Below, piece after piece: positions 10,325-22,344 of a stretch of DNA of 41,334 nucleotides. Position 1 is the first letter of the stretch; the number at the start of each line of letters is the position of its first letter. The notes under the pieces are model-generated. The model did no database searches, was not told where the DNA came from, and worked only from the letters and a program-made list of their open reading frames with translations. This DNA is from Dehalococcoidia bacterium (GTDB lineage: Bacteria; Chloroflexota; Dehalococcoidia; Lucifugimonadales; UBA3495), in NCBI GenBank assembly GCA_022823105.1, contig JAJDXU010000005.1, forward strand, positions 1 to 41,334, given 5' to 3'. The translations under genes were made by a program, and so were the position numbers.

Positions 10325-10975
10325 TTACTGCCGGATAAACGGCATACCGAAATGCTCCAGCAAGCGCGTCGCCTCGGCGTCGTTGGTGGCGGTGGTGGTT
10401 ATGGTAACCTGCAGGCCGCGCAGCCGGTCGATGCTGTTGTAATCGATCTCCGGAAACACGATCTGCTCGCGCAATCCCAGGGAGAAATTGCCGCGGCCGT
10501 CGAACCCCCGCCGCGAGATGCCGCGGAAGTCCCTGATGCGGGGCAGGGCGGTGATAATCAGGCGTTCCAGAAAGTAGTACATGCGGTCGCCCCGCAGGGT
10601 AACGGCGGTACCGATGGGGTTCCCCTGGCGCACCTTGAAGCCGGCGATCGAGCGGCGCGCGCGCGTGATGATCGGCTTCTGGCCCGAGATGGTGGTCAGA
10701 TCGCGGACGGCGCTCTCCATCGCGCGGCCGTTGGTCAGCGCCTCGCCCAGGCCAATGTTCAGGTTGATCTTGCTGAGCCTTGGCACCTGCATCGGACTGG
10801 AGTATCCGAATTCCGAAACCATCGCCGGCACGATTTCATCCCGGAACCGGATTTTGAAAGTTGGAGGGGGGAGCGCAGCGCCGTTGGAGCCATTGCTTTC
10901 GGCCGCTTCCTGCCGTCGCCGTCGGCCGCCACCCTGCTGGTTGGCCGTTTGCTGTTCAGTCGTCATGGTGATCAC
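10325..10975 (-). CDS. rplE: 50S ribosomal protein L5 (N-terminally extended)
   Basis: 216 aa. The core has [37 protein letters not shown], preceded by a Q/G/R-rich extension of about 35 aa. Confidence 0.93.
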   Translation of the reverse strand: MITMTTEQQTANQQGGGRRRRQEAAESNGSNGAALPPPTFKIRFRDEIVPAMVSEFGYSSPMQVPRLSKINLNIGLGEALTNGRAMESAVRDLTTISGQKPIITRARRSIAGFKVRQGNPIGTAVTLRGDRMYYFLERLIITALPRIRDFRGISRRGFDGRGNFSLGLREQIVFPEIDYNSIDRLRGLQVTITTTATNDAEATRLLEHFGMPFIRQ

Positions 10976-11244
10976 TCGTCCCGGGTTCGGAACTGGGTAC
11001 CTGGCTCGGTGTAGTTGCTTTGAATCAGTTTCACGTTGGAGATATGGATGGACGCTTCCTGCTGCACCCGACCTCCCTGTCTGATGCCAGGGCGCGGCTT
11101 GTAGTGCTTGGTAACCACGTTCACGCCTTCCACGATCACCCGGTTTTTCTCCGGAACCATCTGGAGGACGCGACCGGTCTTTCCCTTGTCCTTGCCGGAG
11201 ATCACTACGACATCATCTCCGCGGTGTATCCTGGCCCTCGCCAT
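10972..11244 (-). CDS. rplX: 50S ribosomal protein L24
   Basis: The 173-aa track ORF was trimmed to the internal ATG 11244..11242, which overlaps the rplN stop (ATGA). The product is [42 protein letters not shown]... Confidence 0.92.
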   Translation of the reverse strand: MARARIHRGDDVVVISGKDKGKTGRVLQMVPEKNRVIVEGVNVVTKHYKPRPGIRQGGRVQQEASIHISNVKLIQSNYTEPGTQFRTRDE

Positions 11245-11612
11245 CACACCACCTCCGGAGCCAGCGACACGATCCGCATGAAACCCTTGTCGCGCAGCTC
11301 GCGCGCCACGGGTCCGAAGATTCGGGTTCCCCGGGGAAGCTGGTTGTCGTTGATGAGCACGGCAGCGTTGTCGTCGAATTTGATGTACGTCCCGTCCGGC
11401 CGGAGCAGAGGAGCCGCCTGCCGCACGACCACGGCTTTCACCACAGATCCCTTGCGGACGGGTGAATTGGGAACGGCTTCTCGCACGGTGCACACGATGA
11501 TGTCGCCCACCGACGCATACTTGCGCCGGCTGGAACCGGGAATGTTGATCAGCCGGATGCGTCGCGCCCCACTGTTGTCGGCAACGTGGAGCCTGGTGTA
11601 ACTCTGGATCAT
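11244..11612 (-). CDS. rplN: 50S ribosomal protein L14
   Basis: 122 aa starting [19 protein letters not shown]. Confidence 0.97.
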   Translation of the reverse strand: MIQSYTRLHVADNSGARRIRLINIPGSSRRKYASVGDIIVCTVREAVPNSPVRKGSVVKAVVVRQAAPLLRPDGTYIKFDDNAAVLINDNQLPRGTRIFGPVARELRDKGFMRIVSLAPEVV

Positions 11613-11975
11613 TTACGCATCCTCGCTATCTGCGTCGTCGCTGTCCTCGACCGGATCCGGTTCGACAGCGGCGGGTTGGATTTCAACGTCGGTTTCCAGT
11701 TCAATGGGGCGAACGTCCGCCACTTCGCGGCGGGCCATGATCTCAAGGAGTCGCCAGTGCTTGGTGCGTGAAATCGGGCGGGTCTCCTGGATACGGACCG
11801 TGTCCCCGATGCGGCACTGGCCGTCCGGGTCATGGACGTAGAACCGGGTTACTCGGCGCATCTGCTTGCGGTAAATCCGGTGCCTTTGCTTCCACACCAA
11901 CTCCACCACCGCCGTCTTGTCCATCCGGGTGCTGACCACAGAACCCACCCGGATTTTCCGCATCGCTTTTGCCAT
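11613..11975 (-). CDS. rpsQ: 30S ribosomal protein S17 (acidic C-terminal tail)
   Basis: Track ORF trimmed to ATG 11975..11973 (AAGGAA lies upstream). The product is MAKAMRKIRVGSVVSTRMDKTAVVELVW... with tail ...EPDPVEDSDDADSEDA. Confidence 0.9.
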   Translation of the reverse strand: MAKAMRKIRVGSVVSTRMDKTAVVELVWKQRHRIYRKQMRRVTRFYVHDPDGQCRIGDTVRIQETRPISRTKHWRLLEIMARREVADVRPIELETDVEIQPAAVEPDPVEDSDDADSEDA

Positions 11976-12025
11976 TGTGAACAGTTCCTTGCCGTATTCG
12001 TTCCGGTCTTGAGCCCGGCGATTCG

Positions 12026-12214
12026 CTAGAGTCCGCGCTCGCGGAGGCACGTCAGCATGCGCGCGATGTCCTTGCGGGTCTTGCGCGGCTGATTGGTATC
12101 GGTGAGTTGGTTGGTGGCGTCGCGAAAGCGCAGATTCATGAGTTCCTGGTAGGACTTGTCGAGTTCGTCGCGAATCTGGTCATCGGTCAGCGCCCGTATT
12201 TCGAACATCTTCAT
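12026..12214 (-). CDS. rpmC: 50S ribosomal protein L29
   Basis: 62 aa, MKMFEIRALTDDQIRDELDKSYQELMNLRF. Confidence 0.93.
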   Translation of the reverse strand: MKMFEIRALTDDQIRDELDKSYQELMNLRFRDATNQLTDTNQPRKTRKDIARMLTCLRERGL

Positions 12215-12220
12215 GGAAGC

Positions 12221-12661
12221 TTAGCCCCCGGAGCCGGACAGCAGGGAGTTGACCCGATCCCGGTACACGATCTTGGTCGGGATGGGCAACTTGTGGGCGG
12301 CCCGCTGCAGGGCTTCTTCCGCCTGGTGCATGGGCACACCGCCGACCTCGAACATGATGCGTCCGGGCCTTACCACCGCGACCCAATGGTCGTTGGCGGC
12401 CTTGCCGCCGCCCATGCGGACCTCGGCCGGCTTTTTGGACACGGGCTTGTCGGGGAATATTCGGATCCAGGTTTTCCCGCCACGCTGCAGATGGCGCGTA
12501 ATGGCGACACGGGCGGACTCGATCTGGCGGGCGGTGATCCATTCGGGGCTCATTGCCTTCAACCCGATCTGGCCGAACTCGACGGTGCTGCCGGTGCTGG
12601 CAGCCCCACGGCGTTTGCCTCGACCCATCTTTCGGAATTTGGTCCGTTTGGGTTGCAACAT
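12221..12661 (-). CDS. rplP: 50S ribosomal protein L16
   Basis: 146 aa starting [19 protein letters not shown]. Confidence 0.96.
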   Translation of the reverse strand: MLQPKRTKFRKMGRGKRRGAASTGSTVEFGQIGLKAMSPEWITARQIESARVAITRHLQRGGKTWIRIFPDKPVSKKPAEVRMGGGKAANDHWVAVVRPGRIMFEVGGVPMHQAEEALQRAAHKLPIPTKIVYRDRVNSLLSGSGG

Positions 12662-12761
12662 ATCTAAATCTCCGATTCGCTTGCGGTCAATGCTCTGCGC
12701 GGACGTTCAATCCTGGCTGCTTCTTCTACGGCGCGGGGAACGTCCTAGGGCGCGGGGAACG

Positions 12762-13496
12762 TCAGACGTCCAGTTCCTGCGCCATCTCGCCTTCGGCGTC
12801 CATGCTGGACACGCGGAATTCGATGCTGTCGAGTTCTCCGTCTTCCTCGGCCGGGGGCGGCATGATCTGGCCCTTGTAGATCCAGACCTTGATGCCAATG
12901 CGCCCCATGGCGGTGTGCGCCTCGGCCAATGCGTAGTCGATATCGGCGCGCAGGGTGTGCAGGGGCACCTGCCCCATCATCAACTTTTCGGTGCGGGCGA
13001 TCTCTGCGCCGGAGATCCGGCCCTTGGTGATGATCTTGATGCCCTCAGCGCCGGCCTGCATGGTCCGGAGCGCGGCTTGCCGCATCGCCCGCCGGTAGGC
13101 CACGCGCCGGCTGAGCTGGTCGGCGATGTTCCTGCCGACCAGGAACGGATCCAGTTCCGGCTGCTCGATCTCAACGATGTTCAGGCGCAACCCCCCGCTG
13201 GTCATGGTTTCCAGGCGCGAGCGCAGGCCTTTGACCCGATCGCCGTCGCGCCCGATGAGGATGCCGGGCCGAGCGGAATGGATGTTGATGATCGTCTCCT
13301 GGGCGGTGCGGTCGATTTCGATTCGCGCAATGCCCGCGTCCGAGAACGCCCGGTACTCATCATGAATCGTTCGGCGCAGTCCCAGATCCTGCTGTACGCC
13401 CTCCCGGTACTGGACGCCGTTGTTTGCGTACCAGTGGGTTTTCCAGTCCTTTATGATCCCCAGCCGGAACCCCAGGGGGTGGGTTTTGTGTCCCAT
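12762..13496 (-). CDS. rpsC: 30S ribosomal protein S3
   Basis: 244 aa starting MGHKTHPLGFRLGIIKDWKTHWYA, with an acidic C-terminal tail. Confidence 0.96.
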   Translation of the reverse strand: MGHKTHPLGFRLGIIKDWKTHWYANNGVQYREGVQQDLGLRRTIHDEYRAFSDAGIARIEIDRTAQETIINIHSARPGILIGRDGDRVKGLRSRLETMTSGGLRLNIVEIEQPELDPFLVGRNIADQLSRRVAYRRAMRQAALRTMQAGAEGIKIITKGRISGAEIARTEKLMMGQVPLHTLRADIDYALAEAHTAMGRIGIKVWIYKGQIMPPPAEEDGELDSIEFRVSSMDAEGEMAQELDV

Positions 13497-13499
13497 CAG

Positions 13500-13844
13500 C
13501 TAGCCCTCCTGAATCTCGTCAACTTCAATGATGATGTGACTGGAGCGCCGCGTAACACGACCGATCCGGCCCCTGGCTCGTGCGCGGAACCTCTTCAGAG
13601 GCCGCGCCTGGTCCGCCGAGATGCGCGTGATGCGCAGTTCGTTGCGGTTCATGAACATGTTGTTTTCGGCATTGGACGCCGCCGACTGGACCACCTTGGC
13701 CACCGAACGGGCCCAGGGGGAGGTCATCAGGCTGAGATGGTCCAGGGCGTCGTTGACGGTCATGCCCCGGACCGCATCCATGATGGGTTTGAGCCGCTTG
13801 GGAGAAGCTCCCACCTGTTTGGCCATTGCCCGTACCACTGGCAT
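13500..13844 (-). CDS. rplV: 50S ribosomal protein L22
   Basis: 114 aa, located between rpsS and rpsC, with GASPKRLKPIMDAVRGMTVNDAL. Ends in TAG. Confidence 0.94.
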   Translation of the reverse strand: MPVVRAMAKQVGASPKRLKPIMDAVRGMTVNDALDHLSLMTSPWARSVAKVVQSAASNAENNMFMNRNELRITRISADQARPLKRFRARARGRIGRVTRRSSHIIIEVDEIQEG

Positions 13845-13848
13845 CGCG

Positions 13849-14133
13849 TCACCTCACCCTGCTGGAACGCTCGGATCGGGCGACGTGCCCGCGATACGTG
13901 CGCGTGGGCGCGAATTCGCCCAGGCGGTGTCCCACCATGTTCTCGGTGATAAAGACCGGAACGTGCCGGCGACCGTCGTGAACACCGAAGTTCAGACCGA
14001 CCATTTCCGGCATGATCATCGAATCTCTCGACCAGGTGCGAATCACGGTGGCTTCGCCTGATTCCCGGACCAGGTTGACCTTTTTCAGGAGCTTTGGATG
14101 GACGTAGGGTCCCTTTTTAATTGAACGCGACAT
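13849..14133 (-). CDS. rpsS: 30S ribosomal protein S19
   Basis: 94 aa starting [19 protein letters not shown]. Confidence 0.96.
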   Translation of the reverse strand: MSRSIKKGPYVHPKLLKKVNLVRESGEATVIRTWSRDSMIMPEMVGLNFGVHDGRRHVPVFITENMVGHRLGEFAPTRTYRGHVARSERSSRVR

Positions 14134-14183
14134 ACTGCAATATTCTGCTTACCAGCGGCGCCAAAGGCGGCCGGGCTCGTTGA

Positions 14184-15020
14184 TTAGCGACGCCACCTGC
14201 GGCCGCGTACGATGAAGCGGCTTGACGTCTTTTTCTTGTTGCGTGTCTTGTGTCCCAGGGTGGGCTTTCCGGTGGGGGACTTGGGCCCCGGCATACCGAT
14301 GGGTGAACGACCCTCGCCGCCACCGTGCGGATGGTCGACGGGATTTTTGGCTACCCCGCGAACGTGGGGGCGTCGGCCAAGGTGCCGCTTGGCTCCGGCC
14401 TTGCCCAGGCTTTCGTTCTTGTGGTCCGGGTTGGACAGTTGGCCCACGCTGGCCCGGCAGTTCAGCAGGATGCGCCGCATCTCGCCGGAAGGGAGCCTGA
14501 TCAGCACGTACTCGCCCTCACGTGAGAGAACCTGCGCGCCCGTGCCGGCTCCCCGCACCAGTTGGCCGCCCCGGCCCGGGGTCAGTTCCAGGTTGTGTAC
14601 CACGGTTCCGGTGGGGATGTTGCGTAGGGGCAGCGTGTTGCCGGGATTGATCTCGGCGGTGGGGCCGGACTCTACCTTGTCGCCCACCCTCAGGTTCACC
14701 GGCGCCAGGATGTACGATTTTTCGCCGTCGGCGTAGTGAAGCAATGCGATCCGGGTGGTGCGATTGGGGTCGTACTCGATCGTTTTGACGGTGGCCGGCA
14801 CGCCGTCCTTGCGACGCTTGAAATCGACGCGACGGTACATTCGGCGCGACCCGCCGCCGCGATGGTAGGCAGTGATGCGACCTCGATTGTTGCGGCCGCC
14901 CCGTTTCTGCAGCGGCTCCAACAATGATTTTTCCGGCTTTTTCGTGGTGATTTCCTCGAACGAGGGTCGCACCGCATTGCGCGTGCCGGGTGTGATCGGG
15001 CGCAGGTTTTTCAGTGGCAT
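14184..15020 (-). CDS. rplB: 50S ribosomal protein L2
   Basis: 278 aa with [23 protein letters not shown]. Confidence 0.97.
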   Translation of the reverse strand: MPLKNLRPITPGTRNAVRPSFEEITTKKPEKSLLEPLQKRGGRNNRGRITAYHRGGGSRRMYRRVDFKRRKDGVPATVKTIEYDPNRTTRIALLHYADGEKSYILAPVNLRVGDKVESGPTAEINPGNTLPLRNIPTGTVVHNLELTPGRGGQLVRGAGTGAQVLSREGEYVLIRLPSGEMRRILLNCRASVGQLSNPDHKNESLGKAGAKRHLGRRPHVRGVAKNPVDHPHGGGEGRSPIGMPGPKSPTGKPTLGHKTRNKKKTSSRFIVRGRRWRR

Positions 15021-15139
15021 GGTCTGCTCTCTCGTGAATCGGTCCCTTGGTGGTCTTGGCGAACTCTATTGGCTTGGCTGATAAATCACCTGAGGAACCA
15101 ACTCCTGTGCTACATCCGCTTTGGGCCATGGCGGCCAGG

Positions 15140-15424
15140 CTACAGCCCTTCGATCAGGTCGATGCGGTCTCCGGTCCGGAGGGTTACCACGGCCTTTTTT
15201 ACGTCCGGCCGTTTCTTGAACCGGGGACCGTAGCGCTTGCGCTTCCCACGGTTCACGGTGATGTTGACTCCCACGACCTTGACGCCGAAATGCTGTTCGA
15301 CGGCCTGTTTGACCAGGGTCTTGTTGGCCTTGGGAGAGACTTCGAAGGTGTACTGGCCCTCCTCCTGCAGGAGGGTGCTCTTTTCCGTAATGGTCGGCCG
15401 GAGGAGGACTTCGCTGATATTCAT
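15140..15424 (-). CDS. rplW: 50S ribosomal protein L23
   Basis: The 257-aa track ORF was trimmed to ATG 15424..15422, which overlaps the rplD stop (ATGA). The product is MNISEVLLRPTITEKSTLLQEEGQYTFEVSPKANKTLVKQAVE... Confidence 0.92.
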   Translation of the reverse strand: MNISEVLLRPTITEKSTLLQEEGQYTFEVSPKANKTLVKQAVEQHFGVKVVGVNITVNRGKRKRYGPRFKKRPDVKKAVVTLRTGDRIDLIEGL

Positions 15425-16101
15425 TCCTGGCCCTCCTCTGCGTTCAGCGCTGCGGCCGATTTCCTGGCCCGGAACTTGGGAGCGGTGCATAGGTCGCTGA
15501 TTTGCCGGATGGCGTCGATCGTAACCAGGACCGTTTGTCGCTTCAGCACGTCGTTGGCGTTGACCAGATCCGCCGGGAGCGTCCAGACCTGCTTCAGGTT
15601 GCTGCCGGCTCGAACCACGTTCTGGTCGGAGGTGCCGGTTACCACCAGCACTGAACCGGTGATGCCCAGGTTCTCCAGCAGCCGTTTCATGGACTTGGTG
15701 CGGCCATCCAATTGGCCGAGCGAATCGATGCACACCAGGCGGCTGTTGCGAATCTTCTCGGACAGTACGCATTGGAGCGCCTTCCGCCGCATGGCCTTGG
15801 GCAGCGCCTTTCGATAGTCCCGCGGTTTGGGTCCGAAGGCGATGCCGCCGTGTCGCCATTGCGGAGACCGGATGCTGCCCTGGCGGGCGCGCCCGGTGTG
15901 TTTCTGAATCCACGGCTTCCGTCCGCCGCCCGACACCTCGGCTCGGGTCAGCGTGGAATGCGTGCCCTGCCGCTGGTTCAACTGGTAGATGACCATGGCC
16001 TGGTGCACGAGGGTTTGATTCATGGGCAGGTCAAAGACGCCATCTTCAAGGTTGATGGTGTCGATGGCTTCGCCGTTGCCGTTTACTACGGGCAGTTCCA
16101 T
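15421..16101 (-). CDS. rplD: 50S ribosomal protein L4
   Basis: 226 aa with SGGGRKPWIQKHTGRARQGSIRSPQWRHGG. Confidence 0.95.
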   Translation of the reverse strand: MELPVVNGNGEAIDTINLEDGVFDLPMNQTLVHQAMVIYQLNQRQGTHSTLTRAEVSGGGRKPWIQKHTGRARQGSIRSPQWRHGGIAFGPKPRDYRKALPKAMRRKALQCVLSEKIRNSRLVCIDSLGQLDGRTKSMKRLLENLGITGSVLVVTGTSDQNVVRAGSNLKQVWTLPADLVNANDVLKRQTVLVTIDAIRQISDLCTAPKFRARKSAAALNAEEGQE

Positions 16102-16733
16102 TATGCTTGTGCCTTGCTCTTGCCTGTTTTCCTGATGGTTACGGGGCTGTTCGGCCCGCCGGGTATGCCGCCCTTGACCATCAGCAGGTTGCGTTCGGTG
16201 TCGACCCTTATCACTTCCAGGCCCTTGCTGGTCACCCTGCGGTTGCCCATGTGTCCGGCCATCTTCAGGCCCTTGAACACCTTCCCGGGCGTCGTGCCGC
16301 CGCCGATGGAGCCGGGGGCGCGCTGCCGGTCGGATTGTCCGTGAGTGCGCGGACCGCCGCCGAAACCGTGTCGTTTCATGGTTCCGGCAAACCCGCGCCC
16401 TTTCGACCTGCCGCTGACATCCACGATTTCGCCCGGCTCGAATATGTCCACGGAAACCAGTTGGCCGACTTCGTACTCGGACACGTCGTCGGCTTTCACT
16501 TCCTGGAGTCGTCGGCCGATCTGGCTGCCCTTGAGGTGCCCTGATTCCGGTTTGTTCGGGCGTCGCACGCGGCCGAATCCCAGTTGTACGGATTCGTAGC
16601 CGTCCTTATCCCGAGTGCGGACCTGCGTGACGGCGCACGGCCCGGCCTCGATGACCGTAACCGGGACAACCTGACCGGCGTCGTTGAACAACTGGGTCAT
16701 GCCTATTTTCTTGCCGAGAAAACCTTTGAGCAT
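16101..16733 (-). CDS. rplC: 50S ribosomal protein L3
   Basis: Track ORF trimmed to ATG 16733..16731, giving the canonical N-terminus MLKGFLGKKIGMTQLF. Confidence 0.93.
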   Translation of the reverse strand: MLKGFLGKKIGMTQLFNDAGQVVPVTVIEAGPCAVTQVRTRDKDGYESVQLGFGRVRRPNKPESGHLKGSQIGRRLQEVKADDVSEYEVGQLVSVDIFEPGEIVDVSGRSKGRGFAGTMKRHGFGGGPRTHGQSDRQRAPGSIGGGTTPGKVFKGLKMAGHMGNRRVTSKGLEVIRVDTERNLLMVKGGIPGGPNSPVTIRKTGKSKAQA

Positions 16734-16922
16734 TATCGCTAGCCTGTTTGTGCTTCGTTGCGTCGGGCCGCTCCGGCCGATCACAACTCGTTGCGCCTGG
16801 GGATGCGACGGGCGCTTGGGCCCGCCACAAACGGAATGATGATTTTACGACGCTGCCAGTATTTATTCAACCCTGATTGGCCGGTATAGCCGCCGATTGA
16901 GCGCCAAATCAGGGTGAACCCT

Positions 16923-17234
16923 CTACAGTTTGATGGAAATGTCGACCCCCGCCGGCATATTGAGCCTGGTCAACGCGTCGATGGTTTTGCTGGTGGGTTC
17001 CATGATGTCCAGCAAGCGCTTGTGCGTCCGTATCTCGAAGTGCTCGCGCGAGTCCTTGTCGACGTGGGGCCCGCGGATGACGCAGAACCGTCGAATCTGC
17101 GTTGGCAACGGGACCGGTCCCGCCACGCGCGCGCCGGTCAATTCTGCGGTTTCAACGATTTGAGCGCTCGACTGATCCAGCATTTTGTGGTCAAAAGCCT
17201 TGAGGATGATGCGCATTTGCTGCCTGGCAACCAT
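16923..17234 (-). CDS. rpsJ: 30S ribosomal protein S10
   Basis: 103 aa with [17 protein letters not shown] and [17 protein letters not shown]. Confidence 0.96.
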   Translation of the reverse strand: MVARQQMRIILKAFDHKMLDQSSAQIVETAELTGARVAGPVPLPTQIRRFCVIRGPHVDKDSREHFEIRTHKRLLDIMEPTSKTIDALTRLNMPAGVDISIKL

Positions 17235-17312
17235 GATTTACTTTCTTCAACTCTCCAAATGTCGCGCGCCCGCAGTTGCGGACGCTTGTTGTTCTAGCTG
17301 TTAGCCACGCTC

Positions 17313-19391
<2,079 letters not shown>

Positions 19392-19483
19392 ACCTGTCCC
19401 TGGTACCTGATGACCTGGGCGTGTGTGGGATGTCTGTGTTCTTGGCCGTTCGGTGAAGAACGGAGGAGCAAAGGAACGGCCAA

Positions 19484-19954
19484 CTAACGGCGATAGTGCA
19501 CGAATGCGCGGTTGGCCTCGGCCATTCGGTGCAGTTCGTCCTTGCGGCGCACCGCCGACCCTTCGCCGCGGGCTGCGTCCATGAACTCGTTGGCCAGGCC
19601 GCGCGCCATTCGCATGCCGTTGCGCCCGCGCGCGCCGCGGATGATCCAGCGCATGGCCAGCGCCTCGCTGCGGGTAGTTCTGAGCTCCACCGGCACCTGG
19701 TAGGTGGCGCCGCCGACACGCCGGGGACGAACCTCGACCAGGGGGGTGGCGTTTCTCATGGCGCTGGAGAACACGACCATCGGATCCTGGCTCGTGTCCT
19801 GGCGCACCAGCTCCAGGGCGTCATAAACGACGCGCTGGGCCGTGGATTTCTTGCCCTTGATCATGACCCGATTGATGAACTTCGCGAGTTCCACGTTGTT
19901 GTATCGAGGGTCAGGCCTGATGACGCGGGGTTCCGCGCGGCGTCTTCGCGACAT
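19484..19954 (-). CDS. rpsG: 30S ribosomal protein S7
   Basis: 156 aa starting MSRRRRAEPRVIRPDPRYNN and ending MAEANRAFVHYR. Confidence 0.96.
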   Translation of the reverse strand: MSRRRRAEPRVIRPDPRYNNVELAKFINRVMIKGKKSTAQRVVYDALELVRQDTSQDPMVVFSSAMRNATPLVEVRPRRVGGATYQVPVELRTTRSEALAMRWIIRGARGRNGMRMARGLANEFMDAARGEGSAVRRKDELHRMAEANRAFVHYRR

Positions 19955-20034
19955 GTTCTCTTCCGCCTTCGGTGTACATTAAGCCACCCCCCAGCGCGGG
20001 GGGTGACGGAACGGTTTTGTTTCTGGCGCCTGCT

Positions 20035-20445
20035 CTATCCCTTGCGGGTTCCGTATTTGCTGCGCCCCTGGCGGCGCCCGCTTACGCCTTCAGTGTCCAG
20101 GTTGCTGCGCACCACGTGGTAGCGCACTCCCGGCAGGTCCTTCACTCGCCCGCCGCGAATAAGCACCACCGAGTGCTCCTGCAGGTTGTGGCCCTCGCCG
20201 CCGATGTAGGCGGTAACCTCAACACCGTTGGTCAGCCGCACCCGGCATATCTTGCGCAACGCCGAGTTTGGCTTCTTGGGCGTCATTGTCCGCACCTGGA
20301 TGCAGACTCCGCGCCGCTGCGGACAGCCTGGGCCCCACTTGGTCCGGTTGCGCAGCGAGTTTTGCACCCAGTGGAGGGCAGGAGCCTTGGTGCCTTTGCG
20401 CACGGGCTTGCGACCCTTGCGTACCAGTTGATTCACAGTAGGCAT
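20035..20445 (-). CDS. rpsL: 30S ribosomal protein S12
   Basis: 136 aa with [13 protein letters not shown] and [11 protein letters not shown]. An internal insertion of about 13 aa ([13 protein letters not shown]) precedes the conserved RRGVC. Confidence 0.96.
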   Translation of the reverse strand: MPTVNQLVRKGRKPVRKGTKAPALHWVQNSLRNRTKWGPGCPQRRGVCIQVRTMTPKKPNSALRKICRVRLTNGVEVTAYIGGEGHNLQEHSVVLIRGGRVKDLPGVRYHVVRSNLDTEGVSGRRQGRSKYGTRKG

Positions 20446-20494
20446 GATGATCCTTGTCTCACGCCCGTTTCAGAATCAGGCGCAACGTCGAAAA

Positions 20495-20523
20495 ATGTTA
20501 TCCCCACTCAACGGGTATGTCAA
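20495..20523 (-). promoter_or_regulatory. candidate sigma70-type promoter of the str operon
   Basis: The minus strand reads TTGACA (20523..20518), 17 nt, then TAACAT (20500..20495). This lies about 50 nt upstream of the rpsL ATG at 20445. Confidence 0.5.
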
Positions 20524-20679
20524 CTGCGGCCGAGTTCCACGTTGGCGCACTTCGGTAGCCGACATACCGCGAGGGTCGCGCCCGCGCGCTTGCGTCCGGC
20601 CGCTGTGGACGGCGGCCGCCGCCGGGCGCTATCGCCAACATCTGAAACACCATGCGGCCCGAAATCGCGTCGCCTGCCG

Positions 20680-20708
20680 TTGACCCCAGTTGAGCGCTAT
20701 GGCATAAT
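20680..20708 (+). promoter_or_regulatory. candidate sigma70-type promoter of otsA
   Basis: TTGACC (20680..20685), 17 nt, then CATAAT (20703..20708), about 80 nt upstream of ATG 20790. It is embedded in an AT-rich patch with direct and inverted repeats. Confidence 0.5.
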
Positions 20709-20789
20709 TCGGCTATCGCATAATAATTATGCCCATACGTCATAATCCGGCGGACCATGCGCCCGTCATAGAAAGGAAGGTATCTGAAT

Positions 20790-22307
20790 ATGTGGACCGG
20801 CGACGATTTACAGAGGCTGGTCAAGAGGGAATTGAGCGATTATCGACTCCTGGTAGTTTCCAACCGACAGCCATACGTTTTTGATATTGACGACGCGGGA
20901 AATCTCCGCGGTCAGATGCCCCCGGGAGGGCTCACCGCCGCAATCGACCCTTTAATGCGGGCGTGCGGCGGCACCTGGATCGCCCAGAGCAGCAGCGACG
21001 CCGACCGGGCCGCCATGGACGAGAATGGGCGCATCCCCGTTCCGTTTGATTCTCCTGCATACCGGATGCGCTTGCTCAATCTCAGCGAGGAAGAGAACAA
21101 CGGTTTCTACTACGGCTTCTCCAACGAAGGACTCTGGCCGCTGTGCCACATCGCCTACACCGAGCCGCTGTTCGACTCCGCGCACTACGGGTTCTATCAG
21201 TCGGTGAATCGGCGTTTCGCGGACCTGGTGCTCGACGAAATCGGCGACGACCCTGCCATCGTGCTGATTCAGGACTACCACCTGGCCCTGCTGCCCCGTT
21301 ACATCCGGGAAATCAACCAGGACGCGATCATCGGACAGTTCTGGCATATACCCTGGCCGAACCCCGACATCCTGAGGATCTGCCCGTGGCAGGAAGAAAT
21401 CCTCGACGGGATGCTGGGCAATGACCTGCTGGGGTTCCACCTGTCCGGCGACTGCCAGAACTTCATCAACTGTGTGGACGCCAACCTGGATGCCCAGGTG
21501 GACCCCGACTACGGTTTGGTGGACTACCGGAACGAGACCACCCTGGTGCGCCCCTTTCCCATCAGCATCGATTTCGACAGCCTGGACGCCGAGGCCAGGA
21601 CCGCCGAGGTTGAGGCCGAAATGGCTCGCCTGTCCCAGGAACTCGGGTTGAACCGCGGCCGCATCCTGGGTTTGGGAATCGATCGCCAGGACTACACCAA
21701 GGGCATCCCCCACCGGCTGCGCGCGGTAGAAAGGCTCCTGGAGAAGTGGCCGGAGTACCGGGGCCGGCTGGTATTCCTGCAGGCGGGCGCCACCAGCCGG
21801 ACCAATATCGACTCGTACATGCAGCTGACCATCGATATTGAGTCCATAGTCAACCGCATCAACGAACGGTTCGGATACGACGGTTGGCAGCCGGTGCTCT
21901 ACTGGCCGACCTCCCTGCCGTCCGCCACCTTTTCGGCCCTGCGACGGCTGGCCGGTTTCTGCGCCGAGAGCAGCCTGCATGACGGAATGAACCTGGTGGC
22001 CAAGGAATACGTGGCGTCGCGGGTGGACGAGGATGGCGTGCTGATCCTGAGCGCGTTCGCCGGCGCGGCGCAGGAACTCACCGGGTCCCTGATTATCAAC
22101 CCCTACGCTACCGAGCAGTTCGCCGACGCCATCCACCAGGCGCTGAACATGGGTGATCTGGAACGGCGGATGAGAATGCGACAGATGCGCAACACGGTCC
22201 AGGAGAACAACATCTACAAGTGGGCCGGGCGCATCATGATGCACCTGATGCAGGCCAGCACGCCCGACCACTCCCGGCTCACGGACCCCGTCGCGTCCAC
22301 GGCATGA
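20790..22307 (+). CDS. otsA: GT20-family alpha,alpha-trehalose-phosphate synthase (OtsA-like)
   Basis: 505 aa with [20 protein letters not shown] and [21 protein letters not shown] precedes the ATG, and a trehalose-phosphatase-like gene follows. A related GT20 specificity such as glucosylglycerol-phosphate synthase cannot be excluded. Confidence 0.8.
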   Translation: MWTGDDLQRLVKRELSDYRLLVVSNRQPYVFDIDDAGNLRGQMPPGGLTAAIDPLMRACGGTWIAQSSSDADRAAMDENGRIPVPFDSPAYRMRLLNLSEEENNGFYYGFSNEGLWPLCHIAYTEPLFDSAHYGFYQSVNRRFADLVLDEIGDDPAIVLIQDYHLALLPRYIREINQDAIIGQFWHIPWPNPDILRICPWQEEILDGMLGNDLLGFHLSGDCQNFINCVDANLDAQVDPDYGLVDYRNETTLVRPFPISIDFDSLDAEARTAEVEAEMARLSQELGLNRGRILGLGIDRQDYTKGIPHRLRAVERLLEKWPEYRGRLVFLQAGATSRTNIDSYMQLTIDIESIVNRINERFGYDGWQPVLYWPTSLPSATFSALRRLAGFCAESSLHDGMNLVAKEYVASRVDEDGVLILSAFAGAAQELTGSLIINPYATEQFADAIHQALNMGDLERRMRMRQMRNTVQENNIYKWAGRIMMHLMQASTPDHSRLTDPVASTA

Positions 22308-22344
22308 TTTCAAGGCAACAGGCGCCCGGCGGCTATTCCGGGAG

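Noticed and set aside
10972-11493. Long forms of rplX (173 aa), rplW (15140..15913, 257 aa), rpsQ (145 aa) and rplC (227 aa)
   Set aside because: The N-terminal extensions overlap the upstream genes out of frame and are Arg/Gly/Pro-rich. Canonical N-termini begin at internal ATGs that form ATGA-type overlaps or have an RBS.
12249-13949. 566-aa plus-strand ORF
   Set aside because: It lies antisense to the highly conserved rplP-rpsC-rplV-rpsS genes. Long antisense ORFs are expected in GC-rich DNA, and the translation is low-complexity (R/P/A/G-rich).
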